Of a stretch of 64,000 nucleotides of DNA, positions 1 to 14,100 are shown piece by piece. The translations under genes and the position numbers were made by a program. The stretch is taken from NCBI GenBank assembly GCA_040954595.2, contig CM082585.2:2882902-2946901 (forward strand). Reading direction: 5' to 3'. This stretch comes from Balanoglossus misakiensis. Taxonomy: Eukaryota > Animalia > Hemichordata. How positions within the stretch are numbered: the first letter of the stretch is position 1; each line of letters begins with the position of its first letter. Below the pieces are notes generated by a model. The model ran no database searches, was not told the origin of the DNA, and saw nothing but the letters and a program-made list of their open reading frames with translations.

Positions 1-3000
1 GTTGTGATGCGTAGAACACACAGGCCCGAGGGAATAAGAAAGTTTTCCGGTAGACTCTGTAGATCGACGGCTTGTTCTAAAATATCCATGGTTGCTTCCA
101 AACGCCGTCTTGTTATTTGCATATTCCGTTGTGATGCGTAGAACACACAGGCCCGAGCGAATAAGAAAGTTTTCCGGTAGACTCTGTAGATCGACGGTTT
201 GTTCTAAAATATCCATGGTTGCTTCCAAACGCCGTCTTGTTATTTGCATATTCCGTTGTGATGCGTAGAACACACAGGCCCGAGCGAATAAGAAAGTTTT
301 CCGGTAGACTCTGTAGATCGACGGCTTGTTCTAAAATATCCATGGTTGCTTCCAAACGCCGTCTTGTTATTTGCATATTCCGCTGTGATGCGTAGAACAC
401 ACTGGCCCGAGCGAATAAGAAAGTTTTCCGGTAGACACTGTACATCGACGGTTTGTTCTAAAATATCCATGGTTGCTTCCAAACGCCGTCTTGTTATTTG
501 CATATTCCGTTGTGATGCGTAGAACACACAGGCCCGAGCGAATAAGAAAGTTTTCCGGTAGACTCTGTAGATCGACGGTTTGTTCTAAAATATCCATGGT
601 TGCTTCCAAACGCCGTCTTGTTATTTGCATATTCCGTTGTGATGCGAAGAACACACTGGCCCGAGCGAATAAGAAAGTTTTCCGGTAGACTCTGTAGATC
701 GACTGTTTGTTCTAAAATATCCATGGTTGCTTCCAAACGCCGTCTTGTTATTTGCATATTCCGTTGTGATGCGTAGAACACACAGGCCCGAGCGAATAAG
801 AAAGTTTTCCGGTAGACTCTGTAGATCGACGGCTTGTTCTAAAATATCCATGGTTGCTTCCAAACGCCGTCTTGTTATTTGCATATTCCGTTGTGATGCG
901 TAGAACACACAGGCCCGAGCGAATAAGAAAGTTTTCCGGTAGACTCTGTAGATCGTCGGTTTGTTCTAAAATATCCATGGTTGCTTCCAAACGCCGTCTT
1001 GTTATTTGCATATTCCGTTGTGATGCGAAGAACACACTGGCCCGAGGGAATAAGAAAGTTTTCCGGTAGACTCTGTAGATCGACTGTTTGTTCTAAAATA
1101 TCCATGGTTGCTTCCAAACGCCGTCTTGTTATTTGCATATTCCGTTGTGATGCGTAGAACACACAGGCCCGAGCGAATAAGAAAGTTTTCCGGTAGACTC
1201 TGTAGATCGACGGCTTGTTCTAAAATATCCATGGTTGCTTCCAAACGCCGTCTTGTTATTTGCATATTCCGTTGTGATGCGTAGAACACACAGGCCCGAG
1301 CGAATAAGAAAGTTTTCCGGTAGACTCTGTAGATCGACGGCTTGTTCTAAAATATCCATGGTTGCTTCCAAACGCCGTCTTGTTATTTGCATATTCCGTT
1401 GTGATGCGTATAACACACTGGCCCGAGGGAATAAGAAAGTTTTCCGGTAGACTCTGTAGGTCGACTGTTTGTTCTAAAATATCCATGGCTGCTTCCAAAC
1501 GCCGTCTTGTTATTTGCATATTCCGTTGTGATGCGTAGAACACACTGGCCCGAGCGAATAAGAAAGTTTTCCGAAAGACTGTGTAGGTCGACTGTTTGTT
1601 CTAAAATATCCATGGATGCTTCCAAACGCCGTCTTGTTATTTGCATATTCCGTTGTGATGCGAAGAACACACTGGCCCGAGCGAATAAGAAAGTTTTCCG
1701 AAAGACTGTGTAGGTCGACTGTTTGTTCTAAAATATCCATGGTTGCTTCCAAACGCCGTCTTGTTATTTGCATATTCCGTTGTGATGCGTAGAACACACA
1801 GGCCCGAGCGAATAAGAAAGTTTTCCGGTACACTCTGTAGATCGACGGCTTGTTCTAAAATATCCATGGTTGCTTCCAAACGCCGTCTTGTTATTTGCAT
1901 ATTCCGTTGTGATGCGTAGAACACACTGGCCCGAGGGAATAAGAAAGTTTTCCGGTAGACTCTGTAGATCGACGGCTTGTTCTAAAATATCCATGGTTGC
2001 TTCCAAACGCCGTCTTGTTATTTGCATATTCCGTTGTGATGCGTATAACACACTGGCCCGAGGGAATAAGAAAGTTTTCCGGTAGACTCTGTAGGTCGAC
2101 TGTTTGTTCTAAAATATCCATGGCTGCTTCCAAACGCCGTCTTGTTATTTGCATATTCCGTTGTGATGCGTAGAACACACTGGCCCGAGCGAATAAGAAA
2201 GTTTTCCGAAAGACTCTGTAGATCGACGGCTTGTTCTAAAATATCCATGGTTGCTTCCAAACGCCGTCTTGTTATTTGCATATTCCGTTGTGATGCGTAG
2301 AACACACAGGCCCGAGCGAATAAGAAAGTTTTCCGGTAGACTCTGTAGATCGACGGCTTGTTCTAAAATATCCATGGTGGCTTCCAATCGCCGTCTTGTT
2401 ATTTGCATATTCCGTTGTGATGCTTAGAACACACTGGCCCGAGGGAATAAGAAAGTTTTCCGGTAGACTCTGTAGATCGACGGCTTGTTCTAAAATATCC
2501 ATGGTTGCTTCCAAACGCCGTCTTGTTATTTGCATATTCCGTTGTGATGCGTAGAACACACAGGCCCGAGCGAATAACAAAGTTTTCCAGTACACTCTGT
2601 AGATCGACGGCTTGTTCTAAAATATCCATGGTTGCTTCCAAACGCCGTCTTGTTATTTGCATATTCCGTTGTGATGCGTAGAACACACAGGCCCGAGGGA
2701 CTAAGAAAGTTTTCCGGTAGACTCTGTAGATCGACGGCTTGTTCTAAAATTATCCATGGTTGCTTCCAAACGCCGTCTTGTTATTTGCATATTCCGTTGT
2801 GATGCGTAGAACACACAGGCCCGAGGGAATAAGAAAGTTTTCCGGTAGACTCTGTAGATCGACGGCTTGTTCTAAAATATCCATGGTTGCTTCCAAACGC
2901 CGTCTTGTTATTTGCATATTCCGTTGTGATGCGTAGAACACACAGGCCCGAGCGAATATAAAAGTTTTCCGGTAGACTCTGTAGATCGACGGTTTGTTCT

Positions 3001-6000
3001 AAAATATCCATGGTTGCTTCCAAACGCCGTCTTGTTATTTGCATATTCCGTTGTGATGCGTAGAACACACTGGCCCGAGGGAATAAGAAAGTTTTCCGGT
3101 AGACTCTGTAGATCGACGGCTTGTTCTAAAATATCCATGGTTGCTTCCAAACGCCGTCTTGTTATTTGCATATTCCGCTGTGATGCGTAGAACACACTGG
3201 CCCGAGCGAATAAGAAAGTTTTCCGGTAGACACTGTACATCGACGGTTTGTTCTAAAATATCCATGGTTGCTTCCAAACGCCGTCTTGTTATTTGCATAT
3301 TCCGTTGTGATGCGTAGAACACACAGGCCCGAGCGAATAAGAAAGTTTTCCGGTAGACTCTGTAGATCGACGGTTTGTTCTAAAATATCCATGGTTGCTT
3401 CCAAACGCCGTCTTGTTATTTGCATATTCCGTTGTGATGCGAAGAACACACTGGCCCGAGCGAATAAGAAAGTTTTCCGGTAGACTCTGTAGATCGACTG
3501 TTTGTTCTAAAATATCCATGGTTGCTTCCAAACGCCGTCTTGTTATTTGCATATTCCGTTGTGATGCGTAGAACACACAGGCCCGAGCGAATAAGAAAGT
3601 TTTCCGGTAGACTCTGTAGATCGACGGCTTGTTCTAAAATATCCATGGTTGCTCTCAAACGCCGTCTTGTTATTTGCATATTCCGTTGTGATGCGTAGAA
3701 CACACAGGCCCGAGCGAATAAGAAAGTTTTCCGGTAGACTCTGTAGATCGACGGCTTGTTCTAAAATATCCATGGTTGCTTCCAAACGCCGTCTTGTTAT
3801 TTGCATATTCCGTTGTGATGCGTAGAACACACAGGCCCGAGGGAATAAGAAAGTTTTCCGGTAGACTCTGTAGATCGACGGCTTGTTCTAAAATATCCAT
3901 GGTTGCTTCCAAACGCCGTCTTGTTATTTGCATATTCCGTTGTGATGCGTAGAACACACAGGCCCGAGCGAATAAGAAAGTTTTCCGGTAGACTCTGTAG
4001 ATCGACGGCTTGTTCTAAAATATCCATGGTTGCTTCCAATCGCCGTCTTGTTATTTGCATATTCCGTTGTGATGCTTAGAACACACTGGCCCGAGGGAAT
4101 AAGAAAGTTTTCCGGTAGACTCTGTAGATCGACGGCTTGTTCTAAAATATCCATGGTTGCTTCCAAACGCCGTCTTGTTATTTGCATATTCCGTTGTGAT
4201 GCGTAGAACACACAGGCCCGAGCGAATAAGAAAGTTTTCCGGTACACTCTGTAGATCGACGGCTTGTTCTAAAATATCCATGGTTGCTTCCAAACGCCGT
4301 CTTGTTATTTGCATATTCCGTTGTGATGCGTAGAACACACAGGCCCGAGGGACTAAGAAAGTTTTCCGGTAGACTCTGTAGATCGACGGCTTGTTCTAAA
4401 ATTATCCATGGTTGCTTCCAAACGCCGTCTTGTTATTTGCATATTCCGTTGTGATGCGTAGAACACACAGGCCCGAGGGAATAAGAAAGTTTTCCGGTAG
4501 ACTCTGTAGATCGACGGCTTGTTCTAAAATATCCATGGTTGCTTCCAAACGCCGTCTTGTTATTTGCATATTCCGTTGTGATGCGTAGAACACACAGGCC
4601 CGAGCGAATAAGAAAGTTTTCCGGTAGACTCTGTAGATCGACGGTTTGTTCTAAAATATCCATGGTTGCTTCCAAACGCCGTCTTGTTATTTGCATATTC
4701 CGTTGTGATGCGTAGAACACACAGGCCCGAGCGAATAAGAAAGTTTTCCGGTAGACTCTGTAGATCGACGGCTTGTTCTAAAATATCCATGGTTGCTTCC
4801 AAACGCCGTCTTGTTATTTGCATATTCCGCTGTGATGCGTAGAACACACTGGCCCGAGCGAATAAGAAAGTTTTCCGGTAGACACTGTACATCGACGGTT
4901 TGTTCTAAAATATCCATGGTTGCTTCCAAACGCCGTCTTGTTATTTGCATATTCCGTTGTGATGCGTAGAACACACAGGCCCGAGCGAATAAGAAAGTTT
5001 TCCGGTAGACTCTGTAGATCGACGGTTTGTTCTAAAATATCCATGGTTGCTTCCAAACGCCGTCTTGTTATTTGCATATTCCGTTGTGATGCGAAGAACA
5101 CACTGGCCCGAGCGAATAAGAAAGTTTTCCGGTAGACTCTGTAGATCGACTGTTTGTTCTAAAATATCCATGGTTGCTTCCAAACGCCGTCTTGTTATTT
5201 GCATATTCCGTTGTGATGCGTAGAACACACAGGCCCGAGCGAATAAGAAAGTTTTCCGGTAGACTCTGTAGATCGACGGCTTGTTCTAAAATATCCATGG
5301 TTGCTTCCAAACGCCGTCTTGTTATTTGCATATTCCGTTGTGATGCGTAGAACACACAGGCCCGAGCGAATAAGAAAGTTTTCCGGTAGACTCTGTAGAT
5401 CGTCGGTTTGTTCTAAAATATCCATGGTTGCTTCCAAACGCCGTCTTGTTATTTGCATATTCCGTTGTGATGCGAAGAACACACTGGCCCGAGGGAATAA
5501 GAAAGTTTTCCGGTAGACTCTGTAGATCGACTGTTTGTTCTAAAATATCCATGGTTGCTTCCAAACGCCGTCTTGTTATTTGCATATTCCGTTGTGATGC
5601 GTAGAACACACAGGCCCGAGCGAATAAGAAAGTTTTCCGGTAGACTCTGTAGATCGACGGCTTGTTCTAAAATATCCATGGTTGCTTCCAAACGCCGTCT
5701 TGTTATTTGCATATTCCGTTGTGATGCGTAGAACACACAGGCCCGAGCGAATAAGAAAGTTTTCCGGTAGACTCTGTAGATCGACGGCTTGTTCTAAAAT
5801 ATCCATGGTTGCTTCCAAACGCCGTCTTGTTATTTGCATATTCCGTTGTGATGCGTATAACACACTGGCCCGAGGGAATAAGAAAGTTTTCCGGTAGACT
5901 CTGTAGGTCGACTGTTTGTTCTAAAATATCCATGGCTGCTTCCAAACGCCGTCTTGTTATTTGCATATTCCGTTGTGATGCGTAGAACACACTGGCCCGA

Positions 6001-8511
6001 GCGAATAAGAAAGTTTTCCGAAAGACTGTGTAGGTCGACTGTTTGTTCTAAAATATCCATGGATGCTTCCAAACGCCGTCTTGTTATTTGCATATTCCGT
6101 TGTGATGCGAAGAACACACTGGCCCGAGCGAATAAGAAAGTTTTCCGAAAGACTGTGTAGGTCGACTGTTTGTTCTAAAATATCCATGGTTGCTTCCAAA
6201 CGCCGTCTTGTTATTTGCATATTCCGTTGTGATGCGTAGAACACACAGGCCCGAGCGAATAAGAAAGTTTTCCGGTACACTCTGTAGATCGACGGCTTGT
6301 TCTAAAATATCCATGGTTGCTTCCAAACGCCGTCTTGTTATTTGCATATTCCGTTGTGATGCGTAGAACACACTGGCCCGAGGGAATAAGAAAGTTTTCC
6401 GGTAGACTCTGTAGATCGACGGCTTGTTCTAAAATATCCATGGTTGCTTCCAAACGCCGTCTTGTTATTTGCATATTCCGTTGTGATGCGTATAACACAC
6501 TGGCCCGAGGGAATAAGAAAGTTTTCCGGTAGACTCTGTAGGTCGACTGTTTGTTCTAAAATATCCATGGCTGCTTCCAAACGCCGTCTTGTTATTTGCA
6601 TATTCCGTTGTGATGCGTAGAACACACTGGCCCGAGCGAATAAGAAAGTTTTCCGAAAGACTCTGTAGATCGACGGCTTGTTCTAAAATATCCATGGTTG
6701 CTTCCAAACGCCGTCTTGTTATTTGCATATTCCGTTGTGATGCGTAGAACACACAGGCCCGAGGGAATAAGACAGTTTTCCGGTAGACTCTGTAGATCGA
6801 CGGCTTGTTCTAAAATATCCATGGTTGCTTCCAAACGCCGTCTTGTTATTTGCATATTCCGTTGTGATGCGTATAACACACTGGCCCGAGGGAATAAGAA
6901 AGTTTTCCGGTAGACTCTGTAGGTCGACTGTTTGTTCTAAAATATCCATGGCTGCTTCCAAACGCCGTCTTGTTATTTGCATATTCCGTTGTGATGCGTA
7001 GAACACACTGGCCCGAGCGAATAAGAAAGTTTTCCGAAAGACTGTGTAGGTCGACTGTTTGTTCTAAAATATCCATGGATGCTTCCAAACGCCGTCTTTT
7101 TATTTGCATATTCCGTTGTGATGCGAAGAACACACTGGCCCGAGCGAATAAGAAAGTTTTCCGAAAGACTGTGTAGGTCGACTGTTTGTTCTAAAATATC
7201 CATGGATGCTTCCAAACGCCGTCTTGTTATTTGCATATTCCGTTGTGATGCGAAGAACACACTGGCCCGAGCGAATAAGAAAGTTTTCCGAAAGACTGTG
7301 TAGGTCGACTGTTTGTTCTAAAATATCCATGGATGCTTCCAAACACCGTCTTGTTATTTGCATATTCCGTTGTGATGCGTAGAACACACTGGCCCGAGCG
7401 AATAAGAAAGTTTTCCGGTAGACTCTGTACAACAACGGCTTGTTCTAAAATATCCATGGAGGCTTCCAAACACCGTCTCGTTATTTGCATATTCCGTTGT
7501 GATGCGTAGAACACACTGGCCCGAGCGAATAAGAAAGTTTTCCGATAGACTTTGTAGATCAACTGTTTGTTTTAAAATATCCATGGTTGCTTCAAACGCC
7601 GTCTTGCTATTTACATATTCCGTTGTGATGCGTAGAACACACAGGCCCGAGGGAATAAGAAAGTTTTCCGATAGACTTTGTAGATCAACTGTTTGTTTTA
7701 AGGTGGCATTGCATGAAAAGTTGTGATTTTTGCCAAATTTTACTTTTTTACATAAATCGGTAGGCCTAATACTCACCCACATCCTGACTAATACGTCTTG
7801 GCGGAAATGGTGCACAATCACCCCCAAATAGCACTTTTCTGAATGAGTTCACAGCTTAACAAATAGGTGTCAACAATGCAAATGGCCGTTTTTCTCGGTT
7901 TGCATTTTCGCTGCTTTTGACAACTTCGGACTAAAATAGCTTCGCCCTGCGTTGGCCGAATTTGCTCAAATTTTGACAGGGAATTGTGTATGACCCATCC
8001 AACAAAACGCTAGTTTTGTTTGTCGATAAAGTGTCCCTGGCGGGAATAAACTCTGATTCAATACAACTCACCGTGAATTTGATCAAATTTTCAGAAAATC
8101 TAACTTTCAAACGCTCTTACTCGTCAATGGAAGCAGATAACGCAAAACAAAATTAGCGTTTTTTTGCACGTGTACTCTAGTTTCGAATGACATATTAAGA
8201 TGCATGATGCATGGTCAACTTTTTTACCTATTTTAAATTTCATGACATAATATCAAAAAATGTTTTTTTTCACCCAAAATCGCCACCATTTCCGGGGATC
8301 AATAATATTTGCAACTCAAACAAAAGTTCAAAATCTTAGCTTCCAGAATATATATGGTTTATGGGTTTTTAACTTTGTCTTTGATGAGAAATAGGCCTCT
8401 GAAAAAGTCTCGACGGTTTCATGCAGTGCCACCTTAAAATATCCATGGTTGCTTCAAACGCCGTCTTGCTATTTACATATTCCGTTGTGATGCGTAGAAC
8501 ACACTGGCCGG
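1..8511. repeat. 127-bp tandem satellite array (~61 monomers in window, continues off the left edge), interrupted at 7702-8433
   Basis: Monomer gttgtgatgcgtagaacacac...ttgcatattcc recurs every 127 bp (ORF track offsets of 127). Monomers become more diverged after ~7300. A last partial monomer resumes at 8438. Confidence 0.98.
7702..8433. mobile_element. Kolobok-type non-autonomous DNA transposon inserted in the terminal satellite monomer
   Basis: TIR GGTGGCAYTGCATGAAA at both ends. TTAA at 7698-7701 and 8434-8437 duplicates the monomer's ttttaaaa site. Purine-purine termini with a TTAA TSD are the Kolobok signature. Confidence 0.85.
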
Positions 8512-9003
8512 AGTCGATGTCAACTGAGTGTGAACGAGCTGTTTCGCGTCGTGTCGTCTGCTCAGTTTTCGTGGCTGAAACGACAGGAATAATACCCCAG
8601 TTGGCCTTTAAATTGTACATATCGTGAGATTTGAGCGCCATAGAAACCACAGATATCATGGAACAGGAAGGTAATATCGTTAAAATCTTTGTTTTTAATC
8701 AAAATATTGACCTCTGAGTTCTGCTAATTTGTGCCGGTGCTAAACGGACGCGATGTTACACGGCAGCCAAATATAGAATCGGAGTTCTGAAGAAATGCTA
8801 TTACGATACTTTGGATTTCGTGTCATTATTTTTCGGAAATGTTATTGTTTTCTCAGACAAGGTGACAGAACACAGACTCAAGGCATCTCGCGCTTCCGTC
8901 TTCAATGTTGAATTTGATATTTTGACTGTATTTGCGTGAAAGCTGATGGGTCTTCGCATTCACCAGAAGCTATCGTGCGTCGCTGAGATTTGATTCTTCA
9001 TAA

Positions 9004-9923
9004 GGCTGCATTCACAAACACCTCTGGAGGGGGTGGGGGGCGGGAGAATTCAATTTTTTTACCGCTAATTTTCACATGCCCCCCGTACACAACCCAAAAT
9101 ATCTTCAAATTCCCCCCTTCCGTACTTCCAAAATTTTGAAACCCCCCCCCCCATTTTCTTTCACAGAGCAAAACAAATCTATCTTGTAAAAAAAAGAAAA
9201 ACAGCGTTCCCATGAAAACAATTTGAAACTGATGTTTCCCCTCATCAGTGGGTATTAAAACTGAACATTGTTTGTAATTTTTAAGTATTTGTATTTGTGT
9301 TGGGAGACAAAGCTGCATTTTAATGAACCCGGCAAAAGCAAATTACATGTAACTCAACTACCGGTATGTTGACAAATTTAACCGTCACCGCTCAAAGTTA
9401 TCATGGGGTGGCAACAAGTCCCCTGACCTGGGACACTAGATAAACCAGTCAATGATTGAAGGGTGTTGATGAATGGAGGGGTGGGTGTGGGAGGGGGTGT
9501 CCCCTCCCACGTAAGAAAATGTTATAAAATACAGAGCTCAAAGCTGCATTTTAACGAACCTGGCAAAAGCAAATTAACTCAACTACCGGTATGTTGGGGA
9601 GGACAAATTTAACCGTCACCGCTCAAAGTTATCATGTTGGGGTGGCAACAAGTCCCCTGACCTGGGACACTAGATAAACCAGTCAATGATTGAAGGGTGT
9701 TAATGAATGGAGGGGTGGGTGTGGGAGGGGGTGTTTTGTAAAATAAAGGGCGCGAAACTGCATTTTTGTGGGCTCCAAATAAATATTTAGTCGTCAAAGT
9801 TTTCAAGTCCCCCCCCCTTTCAGTCCCTAAATTATTTCAAATCCCCCCTTATATACCCTCAATTTTTTCAAATCCCCCCCTCAATTCTCCTGCCCCCCCC
9901 CCGAGGTGTTTGTGAATGCAGCC
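9004..9923. mobile_element. PIF/Harbinger-type MITE
   Basis: TIR GGCTGCATTCACAAACACCTC; TAA on both sides (9001-9003, 9924-9926); internal tandem duplication of ~190 bp with ~230-bp offset (~9310 and ~9541). Confidence 0.8.
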
Positions 9924-11052
9924 TAAACGAAAATCATTTCATAACCATACCAGATAAAGCATTTCCAGAAATTTTGAAGTTTGTAGACTTTTCTGCTATA
10001 GTTGTCTATAGATTTAGTGTTGAAGTCACGCTGAACTGCCAAAATTTAACACAGACTCGCCGACCACATTTCAGACCATTTCATAAAGCACAGGGGCGAA
10101 TATAAGTCGAAATTTTGCATTTAATCACAAAGTTATCGTGTTCGTGTCGATTAGATACGTTTTCGTGCCGACGAGCTTCACCCGGGTATCCATATAGCTA
10201 AAGTACAAGGCAACAAAGGAGAACCAAGGATTGATAACTGTACCCTGAAGCTCTAGAGATCACAAGTACCACAATGTATTCAAATGTTTTTGATGCAATT
10301 ATTATTTTTTACGTACGTTGACAACCGTTTTCATCAAAGGTGACTGACAATTTCGTTTTGTTACGAAAATTCCAGCCTCTAAAGGCTAGAGGTTTTCGTA
10401 ACTGCGAACACACATCCCTGCCACACATTGCCGACACTTATTCAAAACGGACAACTAAACCGCAAAATTCACGCGTCGCTACACATACGCGAACGCCACT
10501 ACCAGCCGTCAGACGTAAACCTCTCTTGTATACTGCGCGCGATGCCATTCATATCCAGGGAACTACAATTAATCAGGGACACACATGAAATACAACACAT
10601 TACAAAACATAATGTGCGAAGCCATGTTGATAATTTCATTCACAAACAATTTCAAGACAGATAAAGCGGTGAGAATCACTGGGGTCGACATGGTCAGGGG
10701 TCGAAGTGACCTGTTACCGATAAGGACATGTACGGTACGCTTCGGAATACGCATACGAAGTGGAATCCGCAAGACCGCTTATTTGTTCGGGGATTCTCTT
10801 CTCCAGTTCAGACTAAAAACAAAATCATTATATCCGAAACAATAGAAACATATTCTGTTTTTCAGAGTTATGTATAATTATTTCGTAACATAATATTGTA
10901 AGCAAATGTGTTCATATCTCGTAAATGTCCGTCTTCTGGTGGAAACCTGGGCTGTGAATGACTTTCAGTAAATGTCGCGAATGCGAAAATGAATACGAAT
11001 ATGAATTTGAGGGCAATTTCAATGCAGGTCTCTAGACTTGACGCTGAGCATC

Positions 11053-11199
11053 ATGTCCTGTGTTCAATTAAAGCTTGCCGCATTGCTGTTACGCGAACAT
11101 TATGGCGAAATAGTCGAAAACGTTGGTACTTATTTGATAGAAAATGGTGCTCGACCGTTAAGAGTGATCGCTCTGGATACTGCCATAAAGGTTGATCAG
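11053..11199 (+). CDS. POLR3C: POLR3C exon 1
   Basis: MSCVQLKLAALLLREHYGEIVENVG...DQ followed by gtaaga. Confidence 0.92.
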
Positions 11200-14100
11200 G
11201 TAAGACGAGAGTCTTCGAAACCTGGATACTGGAACAGTGGAAGGGACGATGTAAAATCTTAGACACTCTCCCCATCATTCATAGCTGCAATGATTGAATC
11301 GGGTGTTGCTAGGTTGACTGGTGTGTTCGGTGCGAACAGTCAACCTACAATGACCTAGCGGGAAACCATTGCAGCTTGGTTGTTGGGCGATACCAACCTA
11401 CAGCGAGGGTAACCCTGCGTACAGCGCTACAGCGAGGGGAGTGTTAGGGCTATGGAGCCGCAGCTACAGAGGGTAGTGTGAGGAACTGTCAGCTTAACTT
11501 TGTGTTGGGTGGGGGAACAGCCTAGCTCTGCGTGGCAGGGCTGTGTTGTTACGACGAGCCCTCCAGGGTGGGTGGAGGGCTCGCCGTAACAACACAGCCC
11601 TGCCATGCAGAGCTAGGGTACAGGTCTGTTTGTGGTGGAGGCCGTGTAACGCCGCGAACACACTGTACGCAGGGCTAGGTGGGTAGTATGCCTGTCATCA
11701 TGTGTCAGAGTGATCTAGTGTTTCCAAGCATGTGACGTGTATGCTTGGTTTCTAGACGTATGTTGTCTGCTTCCAAAACTAACATCTAGCCATGCCACTT
11801 TTCCAATAAAGCCTTATACCCTTTGCTGCAGGGAGCTGTGATGTGGCTAGCTCTGCGTGGCAGGGCTGTGTTGTTACGGCGAGCCTCCACCCACAGCCCT
11901 GCAAAGCTCCATAGACAAAACTGGCGAAACTCAACGGATTTGTATCGGCAGGGTTTCCTTACCGAAAACCGCCGATTTCGAACTCAAAACGTGGGTCGAT
12001 CTTCGTTACTGGCCTCGATTTCTCCAGTCGCTAGCTATTTGAGCTCAACTCTACCTTATTTTCGATGTTTAGGCTCCTGGGTTAACTCGTTGGTCAACGA
12101 GATCGAAATGGCTGCGTTCTTAGGGGTCTTCTCGCATTAACATCGAAAATGGGGCTTAACGCAAGCAATTAGGTAGAGTTGAGCTCAAATTGCTAGCGAC
12201 TGGAGTAATCGAGGCCAGTAACGAAGATCGACCCACGTTTTGAGTTCGAAATCGGCGGTTTTCGGTAAGGAAACCCTGCCGATACAAATCCGTTGAGTTT
12301 CGCCAGTTTTGTCTATGGAGCTTTGCAGGGCTGTGGGTGGAGGCTCGCCGTAACAACACAGCCCTGCCACGCAGAGCTATGATGTGGCCAGCATAGAGGT
12401 CACTCACATAAACTGACCCATGTTGAGTGGATGTAAGATTATAGTGAAGTTAGGGCTAATTACATGGAAAATATTACACTATCTCTGTAACGTCTAGCAA
12501 TTTTTCAATATTTTTTTTTTGCGTTTGGCTATATTTTCTGGTTCACCTTCTCATTATTCTTTCCCAACACATACAAATTTCCACGTGTCAACAAGTCATG
12601 TGTATGTGTACCGGTCATTGTTATTGTTGACAAATGCATCCCACCAGTCCAGACTTAAAAAGGGACAAAGTCTCTCTCTTGCTGCCCTTTTTTCATTAAT
12701 TATGTTTGATACAAGACACCCTTTATATATGTCAAGGTTAAGTGCACCGAATTCCCTTGCGCATACGCGTCCGTGCAATTTAACTCCCTAGCAAATAGCA
12801 TGACAGAATTAAGTTTCAGGTCAGCCAATAATCACTAAACTGGGGTGCCTTGTAAAATAAGATTATAGGGTTATTACATGAGTATGCATTTTTGTAGACA
12901 TTTCACTTGTATCTCAGTATGAAGATACCCATGGACCTCTGCCTCCCCCCCCCCCCCCACAGGTGTTTAAAATGCTTTTGGAAATTAATTATTTAGTAAC
13001 CCTGAGTTAGAAATAGAGATGTATCTTTAAAAATAGCGAGGCGACACCCTATTTTTAATTTTGTATAATAATGAGCATGCAATTAAGTTTCATTTTATGA
13101 AATTTCATTTATTTGACATTAGTAGAAAGTAGCATGGGATAAGCATGAAATCTTCATTTCCTTAACTTCCCATATTTATATCAAATTATTTTTTGTTCTA
13201 TGATTTTTTTCAAGTTGAAAAAAAATCACAATTGAATAATCATTCACAAGGGAATACTGGGAGGCAACCATTTGATACCCTAGGGATTGGGGATGTCACA
13301 ACCATTTGATATGTAGGGGAAACTAGAGGTAGCAGATCAATGCTGCACGATTAACTTGTGACAACATGAAATTATATTTTTAGGTTTCTTTTAGCAAAGA
13401 AAAAATATGTCCCTAAAATAACATCCTCAAAAATCATCACCATTAAGCCATATTACTCTTGGCGATGCATACCACAATAGCTGTGTACTGTTTGTATTGG
13501 GGCTGATTAAGTCGGTGCGACACCATTTTAATACATAGCTAGTTCAAATTGCAACATGCACAATCGGGTATCTGGTATCGATAAGGTGTTCATGTATACC
13601 TATCAGTATGCTTATTTAAATGGACCAAAATACAATCATGACAATAATGCAAAAAGTGTCAGCTTTAGAGGCTTTAATATTGAGGGATGATTTTATTTCT
13701 TGCAGATTAGGAAAGCTTTGTGTGTGCTGATTCAACATAACATAGTGAAGTGTTTGATCAATAAACGTGGTATTGTTGAATATCAAGCTGAAGTGAAGAA
13801 GATACTCCTACATGTACATACAAGAAACCCAAAGTAAGCCATTCATTATCAGTGATGTGACACTCCCATATATCTTCTTCATCCAGTTCATGTTTCAATA
13901 TGTTCTTATTCTTGTAAGGCAGAGTTTTTTTCTTCCACTGCACACTGCTACTCACAATGGTGACACTGTGGCCTGTGGATTAAAAGCCCATATTTCTTGA
14001 CATGGTCATTTCTGTATAAATGAAAGATCTTTTAATGTCTCTGCATACAACCATTTATTGGTAAACAACAGTTCAGTACTAATACATAACATAGGTACCA

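Noticed and set aside
113-7827. About 70 near-identical 63-157 aa ORFs; also considered as a CRISPR-like array
   Set aside because: They arise from reading a 127-bp monomer through successive frames (only two minus-strand stops per monomer). There are no unique spacers, no cas genes, and the context is eukaryotic.
10340-10845. Short ORFs upstream of POLR3C as a divergent partner gene
   Set aside because: No recognisable protein motif or convincing splice structure.
11823-12407. Mirror-image ORF pairs on both strands
   Set aside because: Products of the foldback MITE's inverted arms.
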